The notes under the pieces are model-generated. The model was not told the origin of the DNA, ran no database searches, and was given only the letters and a program-made list of their open reading frames with translations. The position numbers and the translations under genes are program-made. Shown here piece after piece: positions 62,981-64,000 of a stretch of DNA of 64,000 nt. Each line of letters starts with the position of its first letter. The stretch's first letter is position 1. This DNA comes from Catajapyx aquilonaris (Eukaryota), in the NCBI GenBank assembly GCA_000934665.2, contig JYFJ02000843.1, forward strand, positions 1 through 64,000, read 5' to 3'.

Positions 62981-64000
62981 ATCTAGGACCTTACCTTTTT
63001 TTTTCCACACTTCTGACTTGTCCTACTATACTGCATATCTTGCACAAGTTTGTTTTGTGACGCAACCCTCCACTCCCAACCACTCGATTTGTCACCATGC
63101 GGAAGAGAAAACCGCCTCACATTCTGACGAAAATAAATGTCTTGGAATATACTTAACCCGTTGAGTGAAAAAAAATAATAATGTACAAAATTCCATGTTG
63201 TGCATGTAGCATTCCACTTGCTTGGGTTGTGACTTGGTTGGTCGTCTATTTGTAAACTTGTCAACACATGCTCGAGAATACGGCAGATTTCCTTTGGTAT
63301 TTCCAGGACTTAACTTTTTTGTGCTCAACTCAGCGTGCCATGTGCCAAATTACATAGCATTGCTCCAAGTTGTCACCATCGAATCAACTCTGACCTCGTG
63401 AAAAGAAAAGAAAAAAAGTCAAAAAAGGCTGTGAACATGTACTAAGATATGATGGGAGCGCTTTGCACGATTTTTATATGCGAAATGCAAGTTGCAACCT
63501 TCTATTAGCTGCCTTGTTTCGTATAGGTGACACAGCATAATGAGCACGTTATCACATCTATGCGGCACACCACTTAACTCTTGCCTCCTGGTCTCTCTTG
63601 TTGCTTAACAAGAGGGTTTAAATGAACCAGTCAGTTTTGAGGTAGTTTAAGTGGCACTTATGCCACTTTAGATCAGCAAACAGAATATTAAATAAAGACT
63701 GTAACCCAGAAATGTGTTGCAGTTGAACATCACCTCCGTGAAATTACTGGTATAGCACTGTGCTTTTTAAGAAAATGCCATCATGGGCACTAAACACTTT
63801 ATTGTAACGTTGGTCTCTTCAGTTCTTGTACCCAGAATGTATGTATAGACCCTTCAGTCATAGGTTTAGAAAAGGTGAGAGACACATTGAAAAAGAGAAA
63901 GCAAGCAGCTACCGTAACTTCCTTCATTATATTGACACAAACCCAGGAATTTGCCACAGACCACAGGAATGATTACTAACTCAGATAATAATCATCACCA

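Noticed and set aside
1..64000. CRISPR arrays, operons, rRNA/tRNA genes or a prokaryote-type defence system
   Set aside because: The sequence is intron-rich animal DNA, and I saw no regularly spaced direct repeats or structural RNA genes.

Overview
Eukaryotic (arthropod-like) genomic DNA with GT-AG introns, so most entries in the ORF track are noise or single exons. I spliced five protein-coding genes by hand, checking reading-frame phase at each junction. (1) A + strand type-I membrane zona pellucida (ZP)-domain protein, 10 exons, 4540-30519, about 447 aa, with very large 5' introns. (2) A - strand claret/GLO-4-like RCC1-repeat protein, 13 exons, 43509-32276, about 1613 aa. (3) NF-YB, - strand, 4 exons. 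(4) UBL4A, + strand, 4 exons, head-to-head with NF-YB. (5) RIC-3, + strand, 50169-62980, with many phase-symmetric cassette exons, a 21-nt microexon and a possible mutually exclusive pair around the coiled-coil exon. Non-coding highlights are an 879-bp foldback element whose arms record CpG decay, a three-layer nest of palindromic MITEs in a UBL4A intron, two further MITEs, a mariner transposase relic, and a mosaic CpG landscape suggesting gene-body methylation. The first 900 bp may hold the 3' end of an unidentified gene. I found no tRNA, rRNA, CRISPR or prokaryotic system. No wholly new multi-gene system is supported; the most novel signals are RIC-3 isoform and translational control and the transposon architectures.
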